From: Chloroflexota bacterium
Lineage (GTDB): Bacteria > Chloroflexota > Anaerolineae > B4-G1
Assembly: GCA_011046405.1 (NCBI GenBank)
Contig: DSAR01000349.1
Location: forward strand, 1 to 37,231
DNA length: 37,231 nucleotides
Reading direction: 5' to 3'
The notes under the pieces are model-generated. The model saw only the letters and a list, made by a program, of their open reading frames with translations, made no database searches and was not told where the DNA came from. Shown here in pieces: positions 16,545-28,019 of the stretch. A program made the position numbers and the translations under genes. Position 1 is the stretch's first letter, and each line of letters opens with the position of its first letter.

Positions 16545-19500
16545 CTAGGCGCTCTCCGGCTCTGATTCTACGATCGGGATGGTGAAGGCAAACTTGCTCC
16601 CTTTGCCCAACGTACTCTCGGCCCAGATATCGCCCCCTTGCAATTCCACGAGGCTTTTGGTAATCACCAATCCCAAACCAGTACCAGGCTCGCTCTGCAC
16701 GGATGGATCGTCGGAGCGGAAATATTTGGTAAACAGGCGGCCTTGATCCTCCGGTGACATGCCCACCCCGGTGTCGACGACTGCGCATACGACGAAGCCA
16801 TTCTCCCCCCGTTGCGCAGAGACGCTGATCTGCCCAGCTTCTGGAGTGTATTTATGCGCGTTGCTCAATAGATTGGTCATCACCTGCACCAGCCGAGTAC
16901 GGTCTCCTCTGACCAGGGGCAAATCTGGCGCAACGTCAACCGTCAACGATTGCTGCTTGGTCTTGATTTGAGCCCGAATCGTATGCAGAGCCTCTTCGAC
17001 GACCTCCTCAACCGAGATTTCCTCCAGGTTGATTCGAATGCGCCCACTCTCGATCCGCGAAATGTCCAACAAGCTACTGACCAGCATATCCATTCGTTCG
17101 ACGTTGGAACGAATCGTATCCAAGAACGCCTGCTGATCCTGGTTCAGTTCACCGGCCACACCCTTGGACAACAGATCTGTGTATCCTCTCATCGACGTCA
17201 TCGGCTGTTTGAGTTCGTGAGAGACGAAAGAGACAAACTCCGTCTTGGCCTCGTTGGCCTGGTGGACTTGCTCGAAGAGGCGCGCGTTCTCAATCGAGAT
17301 GGCGGCGTGGTCGGCCAGGCGTGTCACGAAAGCCAGCGCGCTTTCGTCGAGACGCCCCTGATGGAACGATTCCAGGGCAATCGAACCGATAATTCGATCC
17401 TCACACCAGATAGGCACCGTCAATTGAGCAACCACACCCGGCACCGTCGCCTGGTAATCGGGGTCTGCCCCCACGTCCAACACGAGTTCTGGCCTTTTGT
17501 TTCGCATAGCCCGACCGATAATCCCGCGATCTAAGGGCCACAATTCATCCTCATGGGCAGCGATAAAACTCTCCGGATACCCTTTGTTGGCCAGGAGCTG
17601 CAATCCACGCTCCCCCTCTTCGGTCTCAACGACGATGGCCACCAGGCCCATATCGGCGTCGGTCATACGCATTGCCCAATCAAGCGTCTGCTTCATCACA
17701 CGATCGTAATCCAAGGTCGCGTTGAGCTCTCGATCAATACGCTGCATCATGGAAAGCTCTTCGACCCGGGCCGCCAGCGCCTGATCGGTTTGCGTAAACA
17801 GCCGCGCGTTTTCGATAGAAACGGCTGCGTTGGCTGCAAAGGCGGTCAGTAAGCGCTCATCTTCCTCGTCGAAAGACACCCCATCGCGCCGATTGAGCAA
17901 CTCGATCACCCCGATGACGTCTCCTCGACTGACCATCGGCACGGCAATGATGGAATGGGTGATGAAGGCGTCATCCAAATCCTTGTACCAACGTTGATCG
18001 GTCTGCGCATCCTTGATGAGCACCGGTTTCTGTTCCTGGACCACTGTGCCCAGGATACCGGTGGAGGGGGGCAAACGCATCCCCACCAAATCGGCGGAAC
18101 CGGGACCGGCCGTCACCTCGAAGACCAACTCGCCGGTATTGCGATCGACTAGCACCAAAGATCCAGCTTCGGCCTGGAGTAACGCCACCGCCTTGTCCAT
18201 GATCAGATTCAACACCATCGGCAGGTCCAACGTCGACGTAATCACGCTGCCGACTTCATTCAGCGCCTTGAGCTGGCGAGCCCGTTCCTCCATCCGTCCA
18301 TACAAGCGTGCCTTGTCCAGGATTGCAGCCGCCTGGTCGGCAATCGCCGAGAAGAACTGTAACTGTTCTTCAGTATACGTCACGGCCGGATCGAAGCTTG
18401 AGACATTCATCACACCGATGATCTGGTCGCCGGCGCTAAGCGGCACGCTCATCCAGGCCTTGCCCGGCCGACCGCCGGGCGCGACGCCCCTGGCCCGACA
18501 TTCCTGAGCGTAGTCATCGGTGACGATGGCGCGACCGGTTTGCACAATTTGCCCGGTCAGACCGGTATCCACTGACCACTCGTAGCTGTTGTACATCCGA
18601 TCTCCATTCTCGACGTAAAAAGCGAAGGAAAGCGAGCGCTTCTCTGGATTGTACAACGCGATGTAGAAGTGACTGGTATCCATCACGCGACCGGTCTGGG
18701 TGTAGATCAACTCTAGCAGGTCATCGACGTTCATCGAGAAATTAACCGCCTGCCCCACCCAGCGGAGCACCTCCACCTCGGTCATTCGTCGTTCCAGATC
18801 GGTGAAAAGTCGGGCTTTGGCCAAAGCCACAGCAATCTGGGCGGCCAATGACTCCAAGGCAGCGAGATCATCCGAGGAAAAAAGCGCGCCACTAGATTTC
18901 ATCCCCAGGGTCAGCCACCCGTAATTGGGGATGGGGACAAAAAGCGCCGGACGCAGGGTGTCTAATTTACTACGCTCATCATCTAAATCAGGGGGTAGGG
19001 GACAGTCATGGTACAGAAAAAGGCTTTTTCTCTGCTGAAGCATCTGCCGGACCAACGGGCTATCCGTCGCAAAGGCCACGTCGGGAAAGTCGCCATCACC
19101 CAGTGTGTGCGGTACGTAGCGTCCTCGCCGTTGATCATAGAGATATAGAGCCGCAAAGGTAACGCCCCAGCCTGACGATAGGGTCTCATCGAGCGCCTCG
19201 AGCACCGAAGTCAGGTTAGTCGTCTCAGTTAACTGATCGGCAAAACGACGCGCGAGTTGACGATAGTCAAGCGAAGCGCCCAAGAACACCCGTTCAACTA
19301 CACGTTGCACCTGCCCCTGAAGCGGATTCAACACAAGCACCAAGAAGAAGACGAAAACGCCTAAGATAACAGGGTGTCCAACCTGGATCGGGACGTCGAT
19401 AAGCCACCCCAGGAGATAAGCAAAAAGAGAATAAATGCCTACAACGGTTGCGCTCAGAAGCGCGTACATCACCCCTCGGCTGATGACCCGGTTGATGTCG

Positions 19501-20561
19501 AACAGACGATAGCGCAAAATAGCATAGGCAATAGATAGCGGGAAAAGAACTAGCCAGGGGAAGGCGAGCATCGACCCAATCCACCATCCCAGCCAGGCAA
19601 ATGAGATAAACCAGAAGGAAATAGGGCCAAAAGCCAGGAGGCTGCCCCACATAATCGTCCGGGCCTGGGCCTGAGCGATGGGTGATTCGGAAGACAGGCT
19701 CCGGTAAATCATCATGCCCAGGAATGCCAGCGCGCTCAGGGCCACTGAAATGTAAACAAGTTGCCAGGATTTAAAATAAAGTCGCGGCGCGGAGAAATCA
19801 AAAATGGAGAATTGATTGTTGATGGCAAGAATAAGGCCCGGTGCGTAGACAATGTAGCGTAATGCTGGCGCCCGGTTGAGAATCCGCATCCGCTGGGGGA
19901 ACACCAGCGCCAGGTGTAACAACGCGCTCCCCACCAACGAAAACGCGCCAATCCACAACCGGGAAAAGCGGTGGGAGGTATACGTATCGAACATTAACCC
20001 CAGGCTCAATGCGATGACGGCGCACAAGAAAGCAAAGGCCCGGCCGGCCGACTCACGCCACCGCTCCACAAAGACACCGATCCCAATAGCCAGGTAGATG
20101 ATTGCAATGAGGTAAGGCAGCGCGAAAAAATCCCCCAACGCTCCCAGCGGGAAAGAGCAAAGCACCAGTTGAAACTCACGCTGTTCACCATCCAATCCTT
20201 CCACCGCCAGCGTGATCCGATCACCAACCTCGTATTGCGCCAGGAGACGCGTCAACGCGCCCGACGTATTCAATGCTTGATCGTCTACGGCTAAAATTCG
20301 ATCGTGCACACGCAGGCCGATCTCATGCGCCGAGCAGGTCGATTCCTCGGCGCCATTCGCCACCAGCGTCGGCTCGACAAAGAAACCGGGGAAAGGTAAT
20401 CGGATGACGCGCCAGGCGAGAAAGGCGGCCACAATCAAAATAATGACCGCCATGATGAGCGACGCCGCAACAAAGTATACCTGGGGAAGCAAGCGCTGAG
20501 AATTCAGATGGCGGGTTTGACGTCTCTTTTTATCTTCCAAGATGTTTACCTCGTACCTCAC
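16545..20561 (-). CDS. Membrane sensor histidine kinase: PDZ-like domain, multi-TM region, four GAF domains, HisKA/HATPase
   Basis: PDZ-like GLRVHDRILAVD; four GAF units each ending A..ENARL or KARL; SHELKQP, NLLSNAHKYT, DTGVG and GTGLGL. The start may be TTG 20540 after GAGGT. Confidence 0.9.
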   Translation of the reverse strand: MRYEVNILEDKKRRQTRHLNSQRLLPQVYFVAASLIMAVIILIVAAFLAWRVIRLPFPGFFVEPTLVANGAEESTCSAHEIGLRVHDRILAVDDQALNTSGALTRLLAQYEVGDRITLAVEGLDGEQREFQLVLCSFPLGALGDFFALPYLIAIIYLAIGIGVFVERWRESAGRAFAFLCAVIALSLGLMFDTYTSHRFSRLWIGAFSLVGSALLHLALVFPQRMRILNRAPALRYIVYAPGLILAINNQFSIFDFSAPRLYFKSWQLVYISVALSALAFLGMMIYRSLSSESPIAQAQARTIMWGSLLAFGPISFWFISFAWLGWWIGSMLAFPWLVLFPLSIAYAILRYRLFDINRVISRGVMYALLSATVVGIYSLFAYLLGWLIDVPIQVGHPVILGVFVFFLVLVLNPLQGQVQRVVERVFLGASLDYRQLARRFADQLTETTNLTSVLEALDETLSSGWGVTFAALYLYDQRRGRYVPHTLGDGDFPDVAFATDSPLVRQMLQQRKSLFLYHDCPLPPDLDDERSKLDTLRPALFVPIPNYGWLTLGMKSSGALFSSDDLAALESLAAQIAVALAKARLFTDLERRMTEVEVLRWVGQAVNFSMNVDDLLELIYTQTGRVMDTSHFYIALYNPEKRSLSFAFYVENGDRMYNSYEWSVDTGLTGQIVQTGRAIVTDDYAQECRARGVAPGGRPGKAWMSVPLSAGDQIIGVMNVSSFDPAVTYTEEQLQFFSAIADQAAAILDKARLYGRMEERARQLKALNEVGSVITSTLDLPMVLNLIMDKAVALLQAEAGSLVLVDRNTGELVFEVTAGPGSADLVGMRLPPSTGILGTVVQEQKPVLIKDAQTDQRWYKDLDDAFITHSIIAVPMVSRGDVIGVIELLNRRDGVSFDEEDERLLTAFAANAAVSIENARLFTQTDQALAARVEELSMMQRIDRELNATLDYDRVMKQTLDWAMRMTDADMGLVAIVVETEEGERGLQLLANKGYPESFIAAHEDELWPLDRGIIGRAMRNKRPELVLDVGADPDYQATVPGVVAQLTVPIWCEDRIIGSIALESFHQGRLDESALAFVTRLADHAAISIENARLFEQVHQANEAKTEFVSFVSHELKQPMTSMRGYTDLLSKGVAGELNQDQQAFLDTIRSNVERMDMLVSSLLDISRIESGRIRINLEEISVEEVVEEALHTIRAQIKTKQQSLTVDVAPDLPLVRGDRTRLVQVMTNLLSNAHKYTPEAGQISVSAQRGENGFVVCAVVDTGVGMSPEDQGRLFTKYFRSDDPSVQSEPGTGLGLVITKSLVELQGGDIWAESTLGKGSKFAFTIPIVESEPESA

Positions 20562-20656
20562 TCTTTTAAACCCAATTGAGTCCTAAATGACGATGGATCC
20601 CAAGTGAGACTGAACCCGCCCTAACCTGACAGAGCCAGAGCCAACAAGGTCCATCC

Positions 20657-20765
20657 GTATCTTCTCAATAAGTTGGGGAGCTGTGGCCGGTCTCCCGACC
20701 GAGCCCAGCGGGCACGGTCAGGAGACCGGCCCGAGCGAGTTTGCCCCGGTTTATTGAGATGATAC
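20657..20765. mobile_element. 109-bp MITE with an 8-bp target-site duplication
   Basis: TIRs gtatcttctcaataagttgggg / ccccggtttattgagatgatac match at 18/22. GTCCATCC is repeated directly at 20649-20656 and 20766-20773. Contains an internal GC hairpin. Confidence 0.82.
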
Positions 20766-20799
20766 GTCCATCCTTATTGGTTAGGCCCTATGACGATTT

Positions 20800-20828
20800 A
20801 TTCTAGCATAGATAAAGCGAATTGTCTA
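20800..20828 (-). promoter_or_regulatory. sigma70 promoter of the histidine kinase
   Basis: Minus strand TAGACA-17 bp-TAGAAT with an extended -10 TG. Confidence 0.6.
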
Positions 20829-20916
20829 TGTGTTGGCTTCCGTCACCACCCATGATGGCCCTTGCACCATCGACGCGGATTGTGATCCGCACTGCACACG
20901 TAGGCTGAGCAGTTAC

Positions 20917-20960
20917 AAAAGAAAAACGTAAAGCGTAACAAATATTACGCTTTACGTTTT
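20917..20960 (-). terminator. Intrinsic terminator downstream of nrdJ (possibly bidirectional)
   Basis: Perfect 16-bp inverted repeat aaaacgtaaagcgtaa/ttacgctttacgtttt, with a T-rich tail on the minus strand. Confidence 0.65.
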
Positions 20961-20988
20961 ACCAATCAGCGCCAGAAGCACTACGAGC

Positions 20989-21132
20989 CTAAGCGTTCAG
21001 GGGATTGAACGATGGGACACAGATCGACACAGATTTTTTCCATCGAGTGCCAAGTAAGGCCTACTTGATGGCCTCAATCTGTGTGAATCTGTGAAAATCT
21101 GTGTCCAATGTTCCCCCGGCCTGAACGGTTAC
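20989..21132. mobile_element. MITE-like nested inverted-repeat element
   Basis: Ends ctaagcgttcagg / cctgaacggttac; internal ggacacagat/atctgtgtcc repeats and a central caagta/tacttg hairpin. No TSD seen. Confidence 0.6.
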
Positions 21133-21138
21133 ACAGCG

Positions 21139-23601
21139 CTAACACTCGCTGTATCCGCATGAATAGCAGCGCCGGCATCCTTCCGTATTGACCAAAGCGG
21201 CATGGCCGCATTCAGGACACAGATCACCCGCCGGGAACAGGGCCAGTTGTTCGGCTGGGGACTGACCTTCCTCTGGCACCGGATCTATCATCCCCAGGTG
21301 CTCGGCCAATATCTGTGCGATCCCATCGGGAAGGCTGCGGACCCGGTCACGTCCGAATCCCAGGGGGCGTCCGCCGCCAATACCCTTCAATTGCCGCACC
21401 ACCTGTTTCAGTCGTCGCGTGGCCGAAAGAGGTGAAGGAACACGCAGTATCAGCGAGATCAAGCGCCCGATCGCCTCGGCCACTGCGGCTGTATCAGACC
21501 CGGCCTTGCCCACGTTGAGGAAGACCTCGAATGGCTCGCCATCACCGTTTGCGTTGATGGTCGTATATGCGGTACCCAAAGGCGTGTTCAAGCGATAGGT
21601 CTGGCCCGCCAACGCACGCGGCCGAGGGCGCACCTTTATGGAAGCTAGATCCGGGGAATACGGTTGGTGCTGCTTGGCCTTTCGCGTCTCTTCAGTCTCC
21701 AGGACGACTTTTTCCCGCGAGCCGGTCACGTAGACGGTCAACCCCTTGCAACCCAATTTCCAGGCCAATTGGAACGCGTGCGCCACATCGTCAGGCGTCG
21801 CCGACGCTGGGAAATTGATCGTCTTGGAGATCGAGCTATCGACGAATGCCTGTAACGCCGCCTGCATGCGCACGTGCTCCTCGGCGGCGATGTCGCTGGC
21901 GACGACAAAAACTTCCCGTACGGCGGATGGGACGGCGTCGACCGCCTGACAACTGCCCGTCTCCATCACCTCCTGGAAAATCGTCTCTCTCGCTCCCTCG
22001 TCCAGACCGATCTCCTCCAACGCCCGATCGAAGAGCGGACTGATGTAACGTAGCTCCAGGTCCTGACCATTGTCGTTGACGTGGCGCACGTAAGCCAAAG
22101 CAAAGACCGGTTCGCACCCATAGGCCTCACACCCCGAGACGGTCGCGACGGTGCCCGTCGGCGCCACCGTCGTCTGGGCCGCATTCCGGATACCGTGACG
22201 TTTTATGTCCTGCACAATAACGTCCCAATCCAGGGCAGGCCGTCCCCACTCTTCCAGGCGTTCGTAGGGGGTCACAGGACGGGGCGGCCGCCATTGCAGA
22301 TCATTGGGATCATAAACACTGCCCTCAATCGCCGGGAACGGTCCCCGAACCTCCGCCAACGCGATACTGCTTCGCATGACGTGATAGCGGATGTATTCCA
22401 TAACCTGGGCTACCAATTCCTGAGCCTCCTCGCTGCCGTAGCGCACCCGCAGATGGTAGAGTAAGTCACCCAGCCCCATGATACCCAACCCGATCCGCCG
22501 GGTCTGCTGGGCCGCGCGTTTCAGTTGGGGCACTGCCGGGACGTAGGCATTTGCGTCGATCACGTCATCCAAAAAACGGGTCGCTCGCTCGACCGTCTCG
22601 CGTAGTTTTTCCCAATCCACCGAGGCGTGCCCGTTGTGCCCATAGGTCACGTGCCGGGCCAGATTCACCGATCCCAGGCAACAATTCTCATAAGGCAACA
22701 AAAACTGTTCCCCACACGGGTTGCTCGCTTCATATGTGCCCAAATGTGGGCAAGGATTTTCTCGATTGGCCGCGTCCAAGAAGAGCATCCCCGGCTCACC
22801 ATTGCGATGCGCCCCGGCGATGATGTCGTCGAATATCTGTCGCGCCTCGACCGTCTCCCAGACCTCATCATCCTGGGGATTGACCAGCTCGATCATCCCC
22901 TCCTCCGCCACCGCCTGCATAAACACATCTGTCACGCCAACGGAGACATTGAAATTGGTGATCGCGTGTTCGTCGCTCTTGCAATGAATGAATTCACTGA
23001 TGTCGGGATGATCGACGCGCAACACGGCCATGTTGGCGCCCCGCCTGGCCCCGCCCTGGCTGACGATGCCTGAAGCGACGTCGAAAACCTGCATAAAGCC
23101 TACTGGCCCGGTGGCCTGACCGCCACTGCTGCGCACCAACGCGCCCTTGGGACGGAGTCGAGAGAAGGAAAAACCGGTCCCCCCCCCCGTCTGTTGGATC
23201 AACGCCGCATCCCGTAGCGTCTGAAAAATGCCCTCTCCATCGCGACCCATATCGTCAGCGACGGGAAGAACAAAACAAGCAGCCAATTGCCCTAAAGGCG
23301 TCCCAGCTCCGGTGAACGTGGGAGAATTGGGCATAAACTGAAAGCTGGTGATCAAATCATAAAAGCTATCCTCGACCGCCGATACATCCTCACCCCACAC
23401 CTCCTCGACGGCAGCGACGTGACTAACCACGCGATGGAACATCTCCTCTACCGTTTCGACCGGTTGGCCATTCATCCCCCTGCGCAAATAACGACGCTTC
23501 AAAACCGCAAGGGCGTTCTCACTTATCTTGATCCCGGCTCTCTTGGATCTCGCGACCGAAGCCATGGTACTTTTCACAATGTGCCCCATCATTTCCTCCA
23601 T
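21139..23601 (-). CDS. nrdJ: Class II (adenosylcobalamin-dependent) ribonucleotide reductase with C-terminal TSCPD and zinc ribbon
   Basis: Motifs FMPNSPT, QLAACFV, RRGANM, NPCGEQ, APTGT, ISKTIN, GKAG...IGRLIS and CPECG...EGC..C..CGYSEC. The start may be ATG 23592 or 23589. Confidence 0.93.
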   Translation of the reverse strand: MEEMMGHIVKSTMASVARSKRAGIKISENALAVLKRRYLRRGMNGQPVETVEEMFHRVVSHVAAVEEVWGEDVSAVEDSFYDLITSFQFMPNSPTFTGAGTPLGQLAACFVLPVADDMGRDGEGIFQTLRDAALIQQTGGGTGFSFSRLRPKGALVRSSGGQATGPVGFMQVFDVASGIVSQGGARRGANMAVLRVDHPDISEFIHCKSDEHAITNFNVSVGVTDVFMQAVAEEGMIELVNPQDDEVWETVEARQIFDDIIAGAHRNGEPGMLFLDAANRENPCPHLGTYEASNPCGEQFLLPYENCCLGSVNLARHVTYGHNGHASVDWEKLRETVERATRFLDDVIDANAYVPAVPQLKRAAQQTRRIGLGIMGLGDLLYHLRVRYGSEEAQELVAQVMEYIRYHVMRSSIALAEVRGPFPAIEGSVYDPNDLQWRPPRPVTPYERLEEWGRPALDWDVIVQDIKRHGIRNAAQTTVAPTGTVATVSGCEAYGCEPVFALAYVRHVNDNGQDLELRYISPLFDRALEEIGLDEGARETIFQEVMETGSCQAVDAVPSAVREVFVVASDIAAEEHVRMQAALQAFVDSSISKTINFPASATPDDVAHAFQLAWKLGCKGLTVYVTGSREKVVLETEETRKAKQHQPYSPDLASIKVRPRPRALAGQTYRLNTPLGTAYTTINANGDGEPFEVFLNVGKAGSDTAAVAEAIGRLISLILRVPSPLSATRRLKQVVRQLKGIGGGRPLGFGRDRVRSLPDGIAQILAEHLGMIDPVPEEGQSPAEQLALFPAGDLCPECGHAALVNTEGCRRCYSCGYSEC

Positions 23602-23628
23602 AGAAAACTATTCCCGCCGCTCCTCAGT

Positions 23629-24099
23629 CTATGCCTCTTTAGTGCTCTCTTTGCTCTCTTCCAGCAATCGATCAATCTCCGATCGCACTGCCTCCAGATC
23701 CTCTAAACCCAGGTAGACAATAGCATAACGGACGTAAGAAACGGGATCTAGTTCCTTCAACTCTTTGATGGTCAAATCCCCAACGACGTGACTGGGCACC
23801 TCCATCCTGCCCATCTGGCAGATCGCGTGCTCGACGCGATCCACCAATCGCTCCAGATCATCGGCCGAGACCGGGCGCCGGGCGCAAGCCGTCCGTAAAC
23901 CAACGAGTAGCTTCTCGCGACTGAACTCCTCCCTTTGATCGTCCCGTTTGACCACCAGGGGTGTATTCAATACCGGCCGCTCCATCGTACTAAAACGCTG
24001 ATCGCACGATTGACACACCCGTCGCCGGCGCACGCCCCTTTCGTTACGCCGTGTATCGATCACCCGTGTATCGTCGCTATCACAAAAAGGACAACGCAT
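23629..24099 (-). CDS. nrdR: Transcriptional repressor NrdR
   Basis: MRCPFC...VIDTR..RRRRVC..C..RFSTME followed by an ATP-cone. Confidence 0.95.
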   Translation of the reverse strand: MRCPFCDSDDTRVIDTRRNERGVRRRRVCQSCDQRFSTMERPVLNTPLVVKRDDQREEFSREKLLVGLRTACARRPVSADDLERLVDRVEHAICQMGRMEVPSHVVGDLTIKELKELDPVSYVRYAIVYLGLEDLEAVRSEIDRLLEESKESTKEA

Positions 24100-24187
24100 A
24101 ACACTCGCCTCCTGAATCTACCCGCCCTCTCCTATCCCGGACAGAGGGTGCTTCACACCCGCCAAACGACCCAAACCCCCCACTCTC

Positions 24188-24219
24188 CATCGCAGCAAGG
24201 GACTGGCCTGAGCAGTTAC
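24188..24219. repeat. 32-bp dispersed repeat, copy 1
   Basis: catcgcagcaagggactggcctgagcagttac, the exact reverse complement of 30370-30401. Confidence 0.9.
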
Positions 24220-24384
24220 GACTGCCAAATTCTTGCTCGTTGTGCAGGAACCTTGTCGGTTAGGCCCTTACTCTCCGGCGTTGCCAATAAAAAAAGGCCC
24301 CCTACATCCTTCAAGCAATGGCGCTTAGCTTAGCGTTCAAACATGGACCTGTCCCAAAGCCATGGGGCATTCAAGCTCTAAATA

Positions 24385-24430
24385 ACACCAGATGTAGGGG
24401 GATAACAAAAAAAAGCCCTATATGTAGGGG
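24385..24430. promoter_or_regulatory. Tandem NrdR boxes
   Basis: acaCcAgATgTaGggg (24385-24400) and gccCtAtATgTaGggg (24415-24430) match the C.A.AT.T.G core. They are 30 bp apart and lie upstream of nrdR-nrdJ. Confidence 0.75.
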
Positions 24431-24449
24431 GGTCGTTAAGGTGGTGCAG

Positions 24450-24478
24450 ATTATAGCATAGCCTACAACAATGCACAA
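24450..24478 (-). promoter_or_regulatory. sigma70 promoter for nrdR-nrdJ
   Basis: Minus strand TTGTGC-17 bp-TATAAT with an extended TG. Confidence 0.7.
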
Positions 24479-24543
24479 GCGCTTTCAAGAAGATTATCTT
24501 AAAAAGCAAGGGGAAATAATCGTAGCGCCATAAACGCCATCAA

Positions 24544-24572
24544 TTGACAATTGTCTCACTTTAGAGTACATT
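24544..24572 (+). promoter_or_regulatory. sigma70 promoter for the GAF gene and tgt
   Basis: TTGACA-17 bp-TACATT. Confidence 0.5.
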
Positions 24573-24666
24573 TGATGGAAGATAGCCAATCAACTTACCC
24601 ACCGACTGAAAGGACAGAAAATTTCGCCTCGGCGCCCCAGCCAATCACGAGGAAAGGAGGGTTTCT

Positions 24667-25278
24667 ATGTCAGCAACCAACAATCAATTTATCCGTTTTC
24701 TCCAACAGGAATGCTCCCGGTTCAAGGACGAAAACCGACTGCTGCTGGAAGAGGTGCGCGCGCTAAGACGTTATCTCAATGCCCTGCAGCATCTACAGAA
24801 AACTGTCCAGCATTTTACGCCGGAACAGGACATTCTATCCCTGCTCGATGATACGCTCAAATGCGCCCTCGTTCTATTAGACGCTATCGATGGTTCGCTG
24901 ATGTTGATTGATGAGGAAACGGACGAGCTGGTCTTTGTGCTCGTGCACGGCACAGCCAGCGACAGCCTGGTCGGCCATCGCTTCGACCGCCGCCAGGGCA
25001 TTGCCGGATGGGTAGCCGAAAATATAGAGCCGGCCATCAGCGATAACGTCCGCACCGATGCACGCTTCTTACCAACCGTCGATGAGCAGGTCGGTTTCGA
25101 GACCCGTTCCCTGGTCGCGGTGCCATTGGCTGCCCGGGGACGCACACTCGGCGTCATCGAGGTCGTCAACAAACGCTCTGAACGGCCTTTCACCGAAGAA
25201 GACGCCAACCTGCTTTCGATTCTGGCCACTCTGGCTGCCTCGGCCCTTGACTACGCGGCTTCTGCTATGGAAGAATGA
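24667..25278 (+). CDS. Stand-alone GAF-domain protein with an N-terminal coiled coil
   Basis: Motifs GIAGWVA, TRSLVAVPL and GVIEVVNK...FTEED; strong AAAGGAGG RBS. Confidence 0.85.
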   Translation: MSATNNQFIRFLQQECSRFKDENRLLLEEVRALRRYLNALQHLQKTVQHFTPEQDILSLLDDTLKCALVLLDAIDGSLMLIDEETDELVFVLVHGTASDSLVGHRFDRRQGIAGWVAENIEPAISDNVRTDARFLPTVDEQVGFETRSLVAVPLAARGRTLGVIEVVNKRSERPFTEEDANLLSILATLAASALDYAASAMEE

Positions 25279-25290
25279 AGATCATCATAA

Positions 25291-27076
<1,786 letters not shown>

Positions 27077-27077
<1 letters not shown>

Positions 27078-27220
27078 CACGAATTTTGGCTCGAATTGTG
27101 AAAAAACAGGTTCTTTTCGTGTAATTCGTAGTAAAAAATTGACCGCTTGCTAAGCCAACCATGCGAACTAGGAGAGCCAAAAAACATTCGTGAAATTCGA
27201 GCATTCGTGCGATTCGTGAT
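27077..27220. repeat. CACGAAT/ATTCGTG repeat cluster
   Basis: acacgaatt...ttcgtgtaattcgt in inverted arrangement, plus attcgtgaa-attcgagc-attcgtgcg-attcgtgat (27186-27220). Confidence 0.65.
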
Positions 27221-27458
27221 AGAAAATCTCGGGTAGTGAATGTTTTTATCGCAATTGCCCAGCGACAGAGATGAGTGACGGGACGATGGCAAAAATCGTC
27301 AAGACAATGCGAGATAAATGAAGGATAGAGGAGCTTTTATCGGGCGAGCGCCGCAACGAAGATCAAGACAAGTGATTTTCTCTCTGCTATACTGGATCGC
27401 AGAAAGTCAGGCTGTTCACAAGTTTTTGGCAACCAGATTATAGCAAGGAGATGAATAA

Positions 27459-27938
27459 ATGGAAAAGACGCAGGATGTGTATCACATACGCCCGATTGGG
27501 ACGGTGCGCCGCAACGGGGACGACGTTTGCCTGGAGATCGACGAGCCTTTCCGTCCAGCGATGAGGGAACTGGGCGGTTTCAGTCACGTGATGGTTTTCT
27601 GGTGGGCGGACCGTTTCGCTGACGAAGAGCACCGTACCACGTTGCAAATGAATCCGCCCTACGCTGAAGACCACTTGACCGGCGTGTTTGCCTCCCGGTC
27701 GCCCGTCCGTCCCAACCCACTGGGGATGACGACCTGCAAGGTGGTGGACGTCGACGAGGCGGAGGGTGTCATCCGCGTGGCCGACATCGACGCCTTCGAC
27801 GGCACGCCGGTCGTGGACCTGAAGGCCTACTTCCCGGTTTGTGACCGGGTGCAAACGGCCCACATCCCCAAGTGGCTGGTGGGGTGGCCTGAATGGATGC
27901 CGGAGGACGGTATTGGACTCCAGCCGGGAGAGGCATAG
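27459..27938 (+). CDS. TrmO/TsaA-like (UPF0066) SAM-binding beta-barrel protein
   Basis: Motifs IRPIG, FSHVMVFWW, GVFASRSPVRPNPLG and DAFDGTPVVDLKAY. Confidence 0.88.
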   Translation: MEKTQDVYHIRPIGTVRRNGDDVCLEIDEPFRPAMRELGGFSHVMVFWWADRFADEEHRTTLQMNPPYAEDHLTGVFASRSPVRPNPLGMTTCKVVDVDEAEGVIRVADIDAFDGTPVVDLKAYFPVCDRVQTAHIPKWLVGWPEWMPEDGIGLQPGEA

Positions 27939-27972
27939 ATTCGAGCTTCGATAAAGACTTAGGCAGGATGCG

Positions 27973-27994
27973 GCCCCGGGCAATCGCCCGGGGC
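27973..27994. repeat. GC-rich intercistronic hairpin (REP-like)
   Basis: gccccgggc-aatc-gcccggggc. Confidence 0.6.
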
Positions 27995-28019
27995 TATCCC
28001 GCTTTCCGAGGAGTGAACG

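Noticed and set aside
24100-24443. Cobalamin riboswitch upstream of nrdR-nrdJ
   Set aside because: The conserved GGGAA/GCCACUG/B12-box elements could not be found by eye; a covariance-model search is needed to exclude it fully.
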